Assembly: GCF_902459465.1 (NCBI RefSeq)
Contig: NC_047062.1
Span: 21,948,001 to 22,012,000, forward strand
Direction: 5' to 3'
Origin: Asterias rubens
Taxonomy: Eukaryota
DNA: 64,000 nucleotides
The number at the start of each line of letters is the position of its first letter. Positions within the stretch are counted from its first letter, which is position 1. Both the position numbers and the translations under genes were made by a program. This document shows positions 1-12,300 of the stretch, one piece after another. Under the pieces are notes generated by a model. The model was not told where the DNA came from. It saw only the letters and a list, made by a program, of their open reading frames with translations, and did no database searches.

Positions 1-120
1 CAAGCATCTGCAAAGCACGCAACTTCATGTGACAAGGGTATTTTTTAGCTCAAATTTTACACCAAGTGTGAAGACTGGTCTTTGACAATTACCAATAGTG
101 TCCAGTGTCTTTAAGCTTAC

Positions 121-1772
121 CTGCTTCGTGAACTCCCCTGTTCATACCAGCCGCCTGCAATAAAAGGTAGGCAGATGGTGGCGTTCTCATTTCGATATCA
201 TACGTTCTATCCGGCTGATGGGGATAAAATTGTGACTTATTATTGCATCATGCGAGGCACAAATACTTGGTGATAACCCATACTCAAATAATAAAGGCAG
301 TGAAGCCCCTTTTAAATCTTCCCTTCTTCATTCTGATAAGATGACGGTTCGCATTTACACCATGTGTTAAACGTTTCGGCAAGTGTGTGGTTCTGAGATG
401 AACCATAGGTTTACTCAACATTCCAAAGTGTGATGTGGCCAACCTAGGGCTAGGTAGCTCAGTTGGTAGAGCACTGGTACGTTAATCCGGAGGACGTTGG
501 TTCAATCCCGATTCAGTAAATTTGTATTTGTTCAAACCCAAACTATTTCAAACGTACCCTGTCAGTGTCCCTTGTGGTTTATTACTTGATATTTTATAAA
601 ATGTTGGTATACCTTTGAACAGAGCCCTTGCCTCCCACAGAATTGAAATCTTGAGGGGAAAATAGTAGCAAGGAATAGATTTCCACAACTTACATTTATA
701 TGGATGTAGCAGGGAAGTGGAACTCCGTCTTTGATGTGACTCGTCTTCTGATTGAAGTCTTTACAGAACTGGCCGATTGGTATTCCCCTCTGTGGAGACA
801 GAAATAATGTTACATGAATATAATAATTTAAAGCGATGAATGGTCAATCCCCGTCTTACATATGTGATCTTGTGCAGCCATATGTTCCAACACGAGAAAA
901 TCTACGCTCTGCAGACAAATTTCTCCTTGAAGAACACAGGGCACGCAACTCTTGGGGAGAGCGTTCGTTTCTAGTCGCAGCAGCAAAGATATGGAACGGT
1001 CTTCCACATTACATCCGGACAGCTGTCACAACTGATACATTCAAATCAGCACTCAAAAACACATCTGTTCAACATCCGCAAATAATCATTGCCTTGACGA
1101 GCATAATGACTATAACTTTTTTTTGAGATATTTTGGAGCTAAGCTGACTAGGGTGCAGATTTTTTGAGCAAGCGCCATGAGCGCCTGCATTGGCAGATAC
1201 CGGCGCTATATAAGACTTTGATTATTATTATTATTAAAAATATGTCTTTACATTTATTTTTTTGAGAACATTGTTACTCTTCATGTGATAAATGGCTACC
1301 ACTTCACTCCTTGAGCAGAATTTCAACAAGCCCTCTATCAAACCCCACTTCAAAGAAAATTGTTGATAACTTTCTTTGCTGACTTAAAACTGGATTCCCA
1401 AATACAGTTAATCAGAACATATTTTGTTGAATATTTATACTTATGAGTGAACAAGGAATTGCATTTTCAATTTTAAGCGTTCATCCCAAAAAGGATTCAC
1501 CAAAACTGCTTTTTTACAAAGTTTGAAAAACTATTTTGGTGAATCTTTTTGCCATTCTCTAACGGGAGAATTTCTCAACAACAAGGCTTACTAATTGTTG
1601 ATTATAATAAAAGAAAGATACGCTAAAGTGAACTCACCTGACCCAAAATGGGTCCGAGTGGGGGTCCTGGGGCAGCCCGCCCTGCCCTGATGTAAGAGCG
1701 GATTGTATTGCCATGTTCTACTTTTTTAGCTGCATCCTTTGCTGCCTTCACAGCGCGTGCAGCTTTTGACAT
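121..1772 (-). CDS. MRPL11: Mitochondrial ribosomal protein uL11m, 5' part (gene continues left of the window)
   Basis: Coding exons 1772-1638 ([45 protein letters not shown]), 789-694 ([32 protein letters not shown]) and 214-121 ([31 protein letters not shown]). All have GT-AG ends and phases 0/0/1. They match the uL11 motifs PGPPLGPxLGQ and FCKxFN. An acceptor at 1848-1846 implies a further upstream non-coding exon. Confidence 0.95.
448..595 (+). mobile_element. tRNA-derived SINE (family A)
   Basis: A-box TAGCTCAGTTGGTAGAGC and B-box GGTTCAATCCC, followed by a non-tRNA body (AGTAAATTTGTATTTGTTCAAACCCAAA) shared with the copy at ~44265. Confidence 0.75.
826..1236 (+). mobile_element. 3' fragment of an L2/CR1-group LINE in an MRPL11 intron
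   Basis: ORF 836-1126 has the typical LINE ORF2 C-terminus ([11 protein letters not shown]...[21 protein letters not shown]...FKSALK). It is followed by GCGCTATATAAGAC and an (ATT)n tail at ~1220-1236. Confidence 0.85.
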
Positions 1773-2210
1773 TATGGGATGATGCAGTCAATACTTCCCC
1801 GAGTTTGGGGGAGATTCTTCAAATGTTATCACTTCCTTTTCAACTCTGAAAATAGGTAAAAGAAACAAAACAGTTATTTCTTACAATACATTAGGGAATA
1901 TTTCTGCAGCATGCCACCAACTTTGATGTTTTTTACTTTTTCCCCCCAATAATTTATAGATAGGCCGACAAAGGCTTTGCATTGCTTGCAGGTACAAAAG
2001 GCGAAGGATTTTGTGACACCTACCACCATTTTAAGCCGTTGTTACATGTTATTTATACAGCTAGCTAGGTAGGGCTAGGTAGAACTGTACAATTCTGCCC
2101 GGTTTTCTGACACAATATAATTCGGTTAACCCTACTGTATCTGTTCTTGACACAGACAGTGCAATAAAATAATAATAATCAAAATAGACAGTGCAATAAA
2201 ATAGGGGTAA

Positions 2211-2363
2211 TCTTCCGGTCGTCGCCACCAATTTATCCGCCGTTAATTAACTCCAAAACCACTGAATTTTTTTCTTACCTTAGAAGAAGGGTTAACGCAT
2301 ATATACATCCAGAAAAAAAAGAGAGAAAAAAAAAAAAAGTGCCGGAAGTTGGTGGCGACGACG
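2211..2363. mobile_element. Short inverted-repeat element (MITE-like); related partial copy at 55559-55665
   Basis: GTCGTCGCCACCAA near 2218 pairs with TTGGTGGCGACGAC at 2349-2362. The interior is alignable by eye with 55559-55665. Confidence 0.65.
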
Positions 2364-2376
2364 TAAAATTTTTCCT

Positions 2377-2508
2377 GGATAACTTTCCGTATGGCGCCAC
2401 CACTTTTTCACTCATTTTTACAAAAAGGGATATCTCATTGAGGTAAATAAGATACTATATTATTTCATATCGATTGAAAAAGTGGTGGCGCCATACGGAA
2501 ACTTTTCC
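2377..2508. mobile_element. Hairpin MITE, copy 1
   Basis: Perfect 27-bp inverted repeat TTTCCGTATGGCGCCACCACTTTTTCA at 2384-2410 and 2475-2501. Confidence 0.85.
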
Positions 2509-3309
2509 TTTTTCCTAAAATAGACAGTGCTCTCCGTTGTTCCGGCAGACACAGCACAGTGACCTGACACTGTGCAGTGCAGTGGTGGTACTGTACTGAC
2601 TACTGGCACCTTGTTAATAAAGATTGTTCTTAGAGTCTATAAAAAATACAAACCGTGTGCAGTCTGAGCATTTTAACAATCCCAAATCAGAGAAACGGTG
2701 GCGGATTATGTCACAATTGTAAATTTTCGAGCAACACTGGAATGTTTTGTAACCAATCTGCACTGCACACACACAACTTCCAGTTGTCAACGGGCGCCGC
2801 CATGTTATTACCCTAGAGTACGATGTGCTATTATCTCCCAAGACCCTTTTCAAAGTTAGCCTAGTTAAACAAAATTGGTATTTCTTAATTGGCATAGTCA
2901 AGCCTATAAACACACATTATTTAACCAAAACAATTGCATGACTAAAGACTTGTTTCGTTCAATTAATAGATTTGTATGCGACATTTTAAACACTTTTATT
3001 TTTAAGGGAACATGCACGAACAGGGTAAACATTGGGAAAAAAAGAAAAGACCGTTAATGTGGTATTGCGCCCTCTTTCGTCTCAATTGAGACATTGTTAT
3101 TTCGTGTACGTTACAAGATGTGTTGGGCAGCTCGGCCCCTGTTATAACAAGTGTTGAATGACCGGTTGTGCCAACTCGACTGTCTGTTGAGCGCATGGCA
3201 TGCATGGCATTGCGTGTGTAGTGTGCGTCCGCTATCGTTGTGCAAACGTTGTCTGCGCGCAAGCAGTGGTATTTTTTTTTCTTCAGATGACAACAAACAA
3301 CGACAAAAT

Positions 3310-6300
3310 ATGGCCCCTTCTTTAACGGAGCTGAGGAAGCTTCGAGTGGTGGATCTTAGGGAAAGGTTGCAGCAGCTGGGCCTTGGAACTTCAGGTTTGT
3401 TACTTTATTTCCCAAACACTCTCCAGTAAAAGTTAACCGGTGTTGGTGCGTTGGTGTACTGTAAACTATACTATTTATTTCGAACTAACTCGCCTCCAAG
3501 TTTGCCTGTCGTTCAATTCGCCCCACACCAACTCGACCCTAATCTTAAGTGTGTGAGGAGAGGCCCCACTTCTGTGCGGCCAACTTGGCCAAACCATGGA
3601 GGTCTATTTCTACCTCCACAGAAGTGGGGCCAAGGATAGCCGAAAAGAGTGTCTGTGTCCTGCCACTACTTGCCTTTTTTTGTCATTCGTTTTTGGATAA
3701 CTTTCCGTATGGCGCCACCACTTTTTCACTCATTTTTACAAAAAGGGATATATCAATCAGGTAAATTAGATACTATATTATTTTATTTCGAATGAAAAAG
3801 TGGTGGCGCCATACGTAAACTTTTCCTTGTTTTTTGTTAATAAAATAAAATAGTTGATTTATAATTTATAAATATAATTTTGTTCTTCAAATGAGAGAGC
3901 CTAGCAAAAAGTGTAGGTAGCAATCATAATGTTTATGCTAAGCCTAAACAAATTAAAGCCATTCTTGAACTTGATTTTGAAAAGATTCTTTCCACTGAAA
4001 AAAAGAACCAAACATAGACGATAGCCCCAACGGCCACTCCACTTTGTGTTCTGCTCTTTGCCTGGAGTAATTTATTTATCCGCTTTCGTTCTTGCGGGTT
4101 GATAATGTCAATGAAACCATGGAAATGAAACTTACCGATCGAATGGGTGGGGGGGGGGGTCATATTCGACAAGCTTTGCTTTTTATGGGAAGGCCCACTC
4201 CATCACCTTCGTGTGTGTGCTGTATTGGTTTTTGTTTTGTTTTCCGTAATTTATAATATTTTGCCTTTGCATGTAAATGTTGTATTATTATAATAATAAT
4301 ATTGTATTACTTCATGTATTATCTTTATTCCATTTGCTTGTAAAACATTACTCTTAATTGAATGCTAATGTATTTGCAGATAGCCCAACTGCTGGAATTT
4401 GTTGCAAAAACATTTTTGTGGGAAAAATCAAATGCTTTTCGAGTTGTGAGCATTTTTCTTCGAAATTTATAACTTGCTCGAAAACCAAAATTTGTTTGCC
4501 AGGTTCTCTCAACAACTTTACTATTACTTTGAATGAACGATCAACTGCTACGATAGACTAACCTGACTGATTTACTCAGCACGCTGAGCACAATCAAGGT
4601 TTTGTGAACACTGAAATAATTTACTTGTAATGCGGTGAGCATCTCATGCTTGTCTTGTTAAACTCCAAATTGTATCAAATTTACCAAATCAGTTTCCCTT
4701 GTGGTTTAATTCTTAGAAAATAGAAAGTAAACATTACTTTTATCTGATTGAACATTATGAATTGAGCTGTTGAAAACTGCTTTACCAACCAAAACCAAAT
4801 TGATATTTTTCAAAAAGATTTTTTTTTAAATGTCAATAATTACTCCTTTTTCAATACACTAAATGGTCTAGTAGAACTTGAAAACTTGGTGGAATTCATA
4901 AGATATATATCTGCTGCTTGGCTACAACTTAAAAAAAACCAAAGTGAAGTGAAAGTGTTGTTTACACAACCCAGTGGTCAGGGAAAACCCAAAACCCTAC
5001 CTTAGCCAAGGCCTACTGTCCTGTACCACTACCTTACACAACTCCTACTTCTCTGTACAAAATGTACCCCTAACTTACCCAGCTCTTACCGTCCTGTACC
5101 ACTACCTTACCCAACTGCTACTTCTCTGTACAAAATGTACCCCTAACTTACCAGCTCTTATCGTCCTGTACCACTACCTTACACAACTCCTACTTCTCTG
5201 TACAAAATGTACCCCTAACTTACCCAGCTCTTACCGTCCTGTACCACTACTACACAACTCCTACTTCTCTGTACAAAATGTACCCCTAACTTACCAGCTC
5301 CTATCGTCCTGTATCACTACCTTACACAACTCCTACTTCTCTGTACAAAATGTACCCCTAACTTACCCAGCTCTTACCGTCCTGTACCACTACCTTACCC
5401 AACTGCTACTTCTCTGTACAAAATGTACCCCTAACTTACCAGCTCTTATCGTCCTGTACCACTACCTTACACAACTCCTACTTCTCTGTACAAAATGTAC
5501 CCCTAACTTACCCAGCTCTTACCGTCCTGTACCACTACTACACAACTCCTACTTCTCTGTACAAAATGTACCCCTAACTTACCAGCTCCTATCGTCCTGT
5601 ATCACTACCTTACACAACTCCTACTTCTCTGTACAAAATGTACCCCTAACTTACCCAGCTCTTACCGTCCTGTACCACTACCTTACACAACTCCTACTTC
5701 TCTGTACAAAATGTACCCCTAACTTACCAGCTCTTATCGTCCTGTATCACTACCTTACCCAACTCCTACTTCTCTGTACAAAATGTACCCCTAACTTACC
5801 AGCTCTTATCGTCCTGTATCACTACCTTACCCAACTCCTACTTCTCTGTACAAAATGTACCCCTAACTTACCAGCTCTTATCGTCCTGTATCACTACCTT
5901 ACCCAACTCCTACTTCTCTGTACAAAATGTACCCCTAACTTACCCAGCTCTTACCGTCCTGTACCACTACCTTACACAACTCCTACTTCTCTGTACAAAA
6001 TGTACCCCTAACTTACCAGCTCTTATCGTCCTGTATCACTACCTTACCCAACTCCTACTTCTCTGTACAAAATGTAACCCTAACTTACACAGCTCTTACC
6101 GTCCTGTATCACTACCTTACCCAACTCCTACTTCTCTGTACAAAATGTACCCCTAACTTACCAGCTCTTACCGTCCTGTATCACTACCTTACCCAACTCC
6201 TACTTCTCTGTACAAAATGTACCCCTAACTTACCAGCTCTTATCGTCCTGTACCACTACCTTACACAACTCCTACTTCTCTGTACAAAATGTACCCCTAA

Positions 6301-9300
6301 CTTACCAGCTCTTACCGTCCTGTACCACTACCTTACCCAACTCCTACTTCTCTGTACAAAATGTACCCCTAACTTACCAGCTCTTACCGTCCTGTACCAC
6401 TACCTTACACAACTCCTACTTCTCTGTACAGAATGTACCCCTAACTTACCAGCTCTTACCGTCCTGTATCACTACCTTACCCAACTCCTACTTCTCTGTA
6501 CCCCTTCCCAACCCCTTCCCCTACCCCTACATCCAAATCATATTTAATGTGTCCTCTTCGCCATCCTTATCACACAAGTCCCACCCGAAGATCTGTGTTT
6601 TTAGTCAGAGATGTCTGAATGTATCATGTCTGTTTTGTTTTGTAAATACTTGCAGGGTTGAAAAATGATCTCGTGGAAAGACTGTATAAGTTCTACCAAG
6701 ATCAAGAGCTTCAAAGTCAAGGTAAATATTTGTTTGGCTTCATAAAACACAAGAAGAAAAAAAAACAACTCGTCAAACTAGCAGTGAAGTTGTATTTTAT
6801 GTTTGTTTACAGGGAACAATTTCATCCAGCACTATTGCGTAGCAAAATCTTCAAAGAATTGGCGTATGATGAAGCTGACCCAAGTCGGTCAGACTTTCAT
6901 TGCTTCCCAAAGCTGCTATGCATGTACATTGTAAATTTAAATTACCGTATGATAATGCACATAGTATTTGCTGGCTTCAAATTAAAGTCAAGTCAATTTC
7001 AGATTTAAATTTAAACTTTAATTCATTAGGAACGTTAGCCAATTCCTACTCAGTTGAATTCAAATGTGTTTTTTTTGTAAGTCTGAAATTTGAACATTTA
7101 TTTTTTTGTTCAAGATGTTACGGCAGCTTCCTATTACTATTTGAATGTGAATAATGATCTTTGTTTTCTTCTTCTTTATTTTCCAGCTCACACTGAGCCC
7201 CAAGAGGCTCCTGGTAGTTCTCATCAAGAGGTAAGTCAAGAAATGAATCCTTACATCATTGATTCCTTCTATATATCCAAATGCCAAAGCAGTGTTCTCC
7301 ACAGACTGTTATTTAGGAGGGCGCAATGACGTAATCAAAATGGCCCCCGTCAATATGACTTATTATCAAAATGACGCCCATACATGACGTCATCGGGCAT
7401 GAAAGCAACAAATGCTTGGAAAAACATTTTCTTAAAAATAATGCTATAAATCCCGAACCCGACGACTGATTGACATCCATTTCGGTTGAAAAAATAAATC
7501 AAAACGTACAATTTGTTATGCCTATTTGTACTTTCCTGATGGGAACTATTGACTCATAGTGTCAGCAATGAACTTTCCAGTGTTTGACTTTATACTTATT
7601 ATTTAATCTTATCTTTGATTATTGTACACACATGTGCACTGAATTGCACTTTGCCTAAAGGTTCAATGTTTTCATAGATGCTTTGTGCGGTGAGATTCCA
7701 AATTACTCAAGCACATTGTTATTCATGTACATACCTGCATTTATCTGTTGTAGGGAGACAAGCTTGGTCACTATCAACTGTGTTAGTCTAACAAATTTTA
7801 AATTACACATATGTGTTCACAGGAAGAAGCCCCTTGCATGTCACCACCCCATGGGCTTCTCCAGCAACAGCAGCAGCAGCAGCTGATGTTCCAGCAGCAG
7901 CAACAACAGCAGCAGTTATTACATCAACAGCAAATCCTGGCGGAGCAGCAACGGCAGCAGCAGCTCCAAGAGCAGCACAGTATATTAGAACAACAGAAAC
8001 AGATGGTATTTGAGGAGCAACAAAGGCGGCGATTGGCGGAGCAGCCGCAGCAGCAGCAACAACAGCTTCATGAGCAGCTTCGAGTTCAACAGCTGGAAGA
8101 GCAGCAGCGACAGCAGGCCCTAGCTGACCAGGCCCATCAACAGCTGTTGCAAGAACAGCAGCAACAGCAGCTGTTGGAACAGCACCGCCTTCTGGAGCAA
8201 CAACGTCTCAAGCAGCAAGAAGAAGAAGAAAGACAGTTGATAATTGAGCAGCAGAAGGAAAAGGAGAGACACCATCAACAGCAACTTGAAGAACAGGAGC
8301 GTCAAAGGCAGATGATGGAAGATCAAATTCGCCGGCGACAGTTACAGGCCATAGAAGAGCAACGTCAACAGCAAAAGTTGCTGGAAGAGGAGAGACAAAA
8401 GGTTCTGATTGAAGAACAGCACCGACTTCTGCAGCAGCAGGAACTGGAAGAGCAGCAAAGACAGCAGCAGATGTTAGAGCACCAAAGACGACAGCAGCTT
8501 GTTGCAGAACAACAACGCATTCTTGAAGAACAGCGCCAGCAGCAGCTGATTGCAGAGCAGCACAGATTACTGGAAGAGGAACGACAGAGAGAAGAGGTGG
8601 AGAAGCAACAGCAGCTTATCATGGAGCAGCAGCGACTGATGGAGGAGCAGCGACTGATGGAGGAGCAGCGACTGAGAGAGGAGCAGCGACTGAGAGAGGA
8701 GCAGCGACTGAGAGAGGAGCAGCACCAGCAACAGGCTCTGGAACAGCAGCGATTGATGGAAGAGCAGCGACTGATGGAGGAGCAGCGACTGATAGAGGAG
8801 CAACACCAGCAACAGGCTCTGGAACAGCAGCGACGAAGGCAACAAGAAGCTGTTCAGCAGATGGAAGAGGAGAAGCGGAGGCAAGCAGTAATCCAGCAGC
8901 AAGAGGAGCAGCTACTCCGTGAAAAGCAACAGCAAGAGGCTGCAGCAAGACAAGAGGAGATCAACCGCGCAAAGCAAGCTGAGCTAGAAGCCCAACAGCT
9001 TGCAGCAGCAGCCGAGCTAGCAGCCAAGGAAAGGGAGGCTGAAGAGAGGGTCCTCGCTGAGCAGCAGGAGTTGATCGAGAGAGAGAAGCAGCGACTGCTG
9101 CAGCAGCAGCAGGAAAGAATCAGGCAGCGTCAGGAAGAGAAGTTGCGCCAAGATGAGGAAACGAGACAGAAGGTCCTTCAGCAACAGAAGATGCTTGAAG
9201 AACAGCAAAGGGCTGAGAAGCAACGCCAGGTAAGTTTTTCTCTGGTTGGATTCCTCTTGTTTTTGTCTCCGTTGTAGAAAAAATAGTTACTAAACTTATG

Positions 9301-12300
9301 CTGTTTTAAGTCTCTGATAGAGGGATCTTACTCGAAGACAAAGTCTAAAACTGTTTATGTTTTGGAAATCTTTCCAGATGATGTTGGAAAAGCAGAAGCA
9401 AGAAGAAGAGCAAGCCAAAGAGGCAGAGCTACTACGTCAGCAGCAACTCGCCGTGGAGATGCAACGGCACGAGGAGGAAAAGGTCCAACAGCAGAAGGAC
9501 ATGCTGCACCAGCATAAGAACAGATGTAAGTCATTCAGGTTAACTCAGTCTGTCACCAGGGTCCAATTTCATAAAGCTGCTCAACGCCAATTTTGTGCTT
9601 ATGGTGCGATTTCCATTTCATAGCGCTGCTATTTGTTGAAAGGGCTTGCTAACCTTCTGGTGCTTACTCCACTAAAATAAATGACGTCACAATGCAAATT
9701 CATGTTGAACGGGCAATATTGCCTCCTAGTTTTCTTGCTAACTTGTGCAACACACTTACACCTTAGCAAATATTTCTGCTTGAGTAAGCACAAAATTTGC
9801 TTACCGTTAAGCAGCTCTAAGAAATTGGGCCCAGGGCCCACAATGGGCCCCAAGGCCCGCATTGGGCCCAGGGCCCAATTTCATTAAGCCTGTAAATCAC
9901 AAAAACTTGCTGAGCACAGAAAAGTTCTGCTTTATAGAAACAAGTTATCCTCCAAAATTACTTTTAAAGTTAAAATGTACATTGTTGTGACTGGAGCAAA
10001 GAAGTATTTCAAGCAGCATTTTTGGAAAGGCAGGGACAGAAACCACTTATTTATCCCGACTACCCTTATGAAATGTAGTGTTATTATTTATTTTTCTCCA
10101 GCTCCTCTTTTGCCGACTCCTCAGAGGGGTCAAAGAAGCCCACCAGGAGGACCCCCTGGAGTAGGTCGCCATGGACCCAGTAGGGGGATGGGACCACCAG
10201 GAACATCAGATCCAGATATCGACAGCCCATCTCGACAAGACGATGACCAAGGCAAGTATACCAACTCTCTGAATGTGGGACCTTTTTTTCCCTTCAAAAG
10301 CCTCATCAGAACCGCGACAGAGATAATTCTTGTTCAATTATTGCTGGATTTTATTGATAAAAGTATCGTAACCTAGTTGCACTCGCATACATTCTCGGGA
10401 GTTACTTTCATCTAGAAGTTGAGCACAATGGTTGAAACTTTAAAGCAAGCCTTACAGAACCGACCACAGTCCTGCAGCGATTTCTTCAAGCATTTTTGCA
10501 TAGTAAATTATTTTAGACTGAACACACTTTGTGCACACTGAATGATACTGAAACATTTTGTTAGCAAACTTTTGTGTTAGGGGCAAGCTTGCTTTTCCAT
10601 CATGGGTTTACATTGTTGCATCATTCATTTTCATACAGTAAGCACCGAAAGATTAGCATGCCTTTTTGTGTGCTTGCAGTCAGCAACGCAACAAAAAGGG
10701 AATCACACAATTGGCCGTTAAGCAGCTCTATGAAATTGGGCCCAGGATGTAGTGCACTCGCTGCATTCACTGGACCTTAAAGAATTTGAGCTTTCAGTTC
10801 TTAAATGAGATCTCCTGAATGCCACCTCTATGTCCAGTTCTAGCCACTGATTTTCATTATTCTCCTTTCCCTCAGCAGATGATGAAGATGAGATGAAAGC
10901 TGATATTGAACTACCCCAAGCCTTGGAGAAAGTACTTGCCTTCAAGAACGTCCGAGCTCAGGAGCTTGGAGTTTCCAATGAAGGAGGTAAAGCATTTGTC
11001 TCTAATAGTTCTTCTCGTCAAAATGTGGGACAAATTCTATCAGAACTTAATTCAAATATCACCAAAAAAACTATCGGGCCCAATTTCAATCAATTGTGGG
11101 GTCGCTGGTTCAAATCCCTCTCTAGCTCCCGCTCGTTACAACCCCAAATCAATTTGAAATACATAGCTTTTTTTTCTCTTGATCTGAGCAAGCCACAAAA
11201 GACTGATTTGGGATACACTATGGAATAGGATTTTTTATTTGATTCTGTTTAATTTATTAACTTATAATTTATCATCTTGTAATGCGTTCTACAGACTCGT
11301 TGGAGTTTGAGGGTCGTCGAATGGAATCAGAGGAACGAGATGCAGAAGAAGAGGAGGACCTTGAACGAGAGGAAGATGACGAAGGCTTTGAGGAAGCCTC
11401 TTCTGAGGGCCCATCTCAACAGAACAAGAAACTGGTAAGGAATACCAACTTTTGACCCCTTCAATGCATTCAGTCGGGAAGCAAAGTGTAAAGTAACTAA
11501 CTTTCTTCCAACAGGGTTTGCTGAAAATTACAATTTGTTGGTTGCAATTTTTTTTACCATCCTCTTCACAATTTGAAGCAAAGTAGACGGTTAAGTTTGT
11601 TGCTCTTAACCACTTCCTGTATTTTATTTTAATCAAATCAATATTTTGTGTTTTCCTTTCAAAGACCAAAAATCAAAGACGTAAGAAGAAGAAGAAGAGA
11701 AGGAATGCCGCCAAGAGAGCTGAACAGAAGCAGTCTGCTGAGCATGGTCAGTCTGAAGCCAAGGATGTTGATAGTGACCCTGGGGTAGAGGTGGAGTACG
11801 TCCCTGAGCCAATCAACATGAGTGACCCCGCCGTCAGGCAGTTCAGCAGAATCTTTGAGGCGTTCAAGGTACAGAATTCTGTTGCTCAACTGTTGTTTTG
11901 GAAACTGGAGAGTCGAGGCTTGTTAAGGCTTGTAAATTTATTTACTAAGAAATCTGGTTGAAGGGTTATCTGATCCTGTATTTTAGTAAATTTGTTTTAT
12001 TTTGATGGATTTATTATTTTTTCCTCAGTTGTCTGAGCCAGCCAAGCCAGAGAGCAAAGTAGAAGTGAAGGTGGAGAAACAGCCAGAGAAGAAGAAAGAT
12101 GAACCTAAGAAGACGTCGGATGATGACGACTCAGATTCAGACTCCGACATGGAAAGGGTAGGAGAAGCAAAAGTGGTGGATTTCAGTGATGGAGTTAAGC
12201 CCAATTCATACTTCCCTGCGAATGCGAAGCAAATGTTTTGTAGGAGTTGAGCACAAGTCAGATGATACGTGCCAATTCATTTAATATAACTGATGCGAAT

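Noticed and set aside
448-520. Functional tRNA genes (also 16254, 37365, 44265)
   Set aside because: A and B boxes are present, but stems are incomplete and each continues into a shared repeat body, so these are SINEs.
3287-3325. Out-of-frame upstream ATG and acceptor-like TTTTCTTCAG before the SF3B2 start
   Set aside because: The TSS is unknown, so this ATG may not be transcribed; no upstream exon could be fixed.
4974-6011. 345-aa ORF
   Set aside because: It is a translation of the intronic minisatellite, switching frame with unit length; no protein-like features.
6812-6890. Possible extra SF3B2 exon after TTTACAG
   Set aside because: No convincing donor in a compatible phase, and exons 2 and 3 already join in frame.
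8120-9223. Several minus-strand Leu/Cys/Ala-rich ORFs
   Set aside because: Antisense shadows of the CAG/GAG-rich SF3B2 exon 4.
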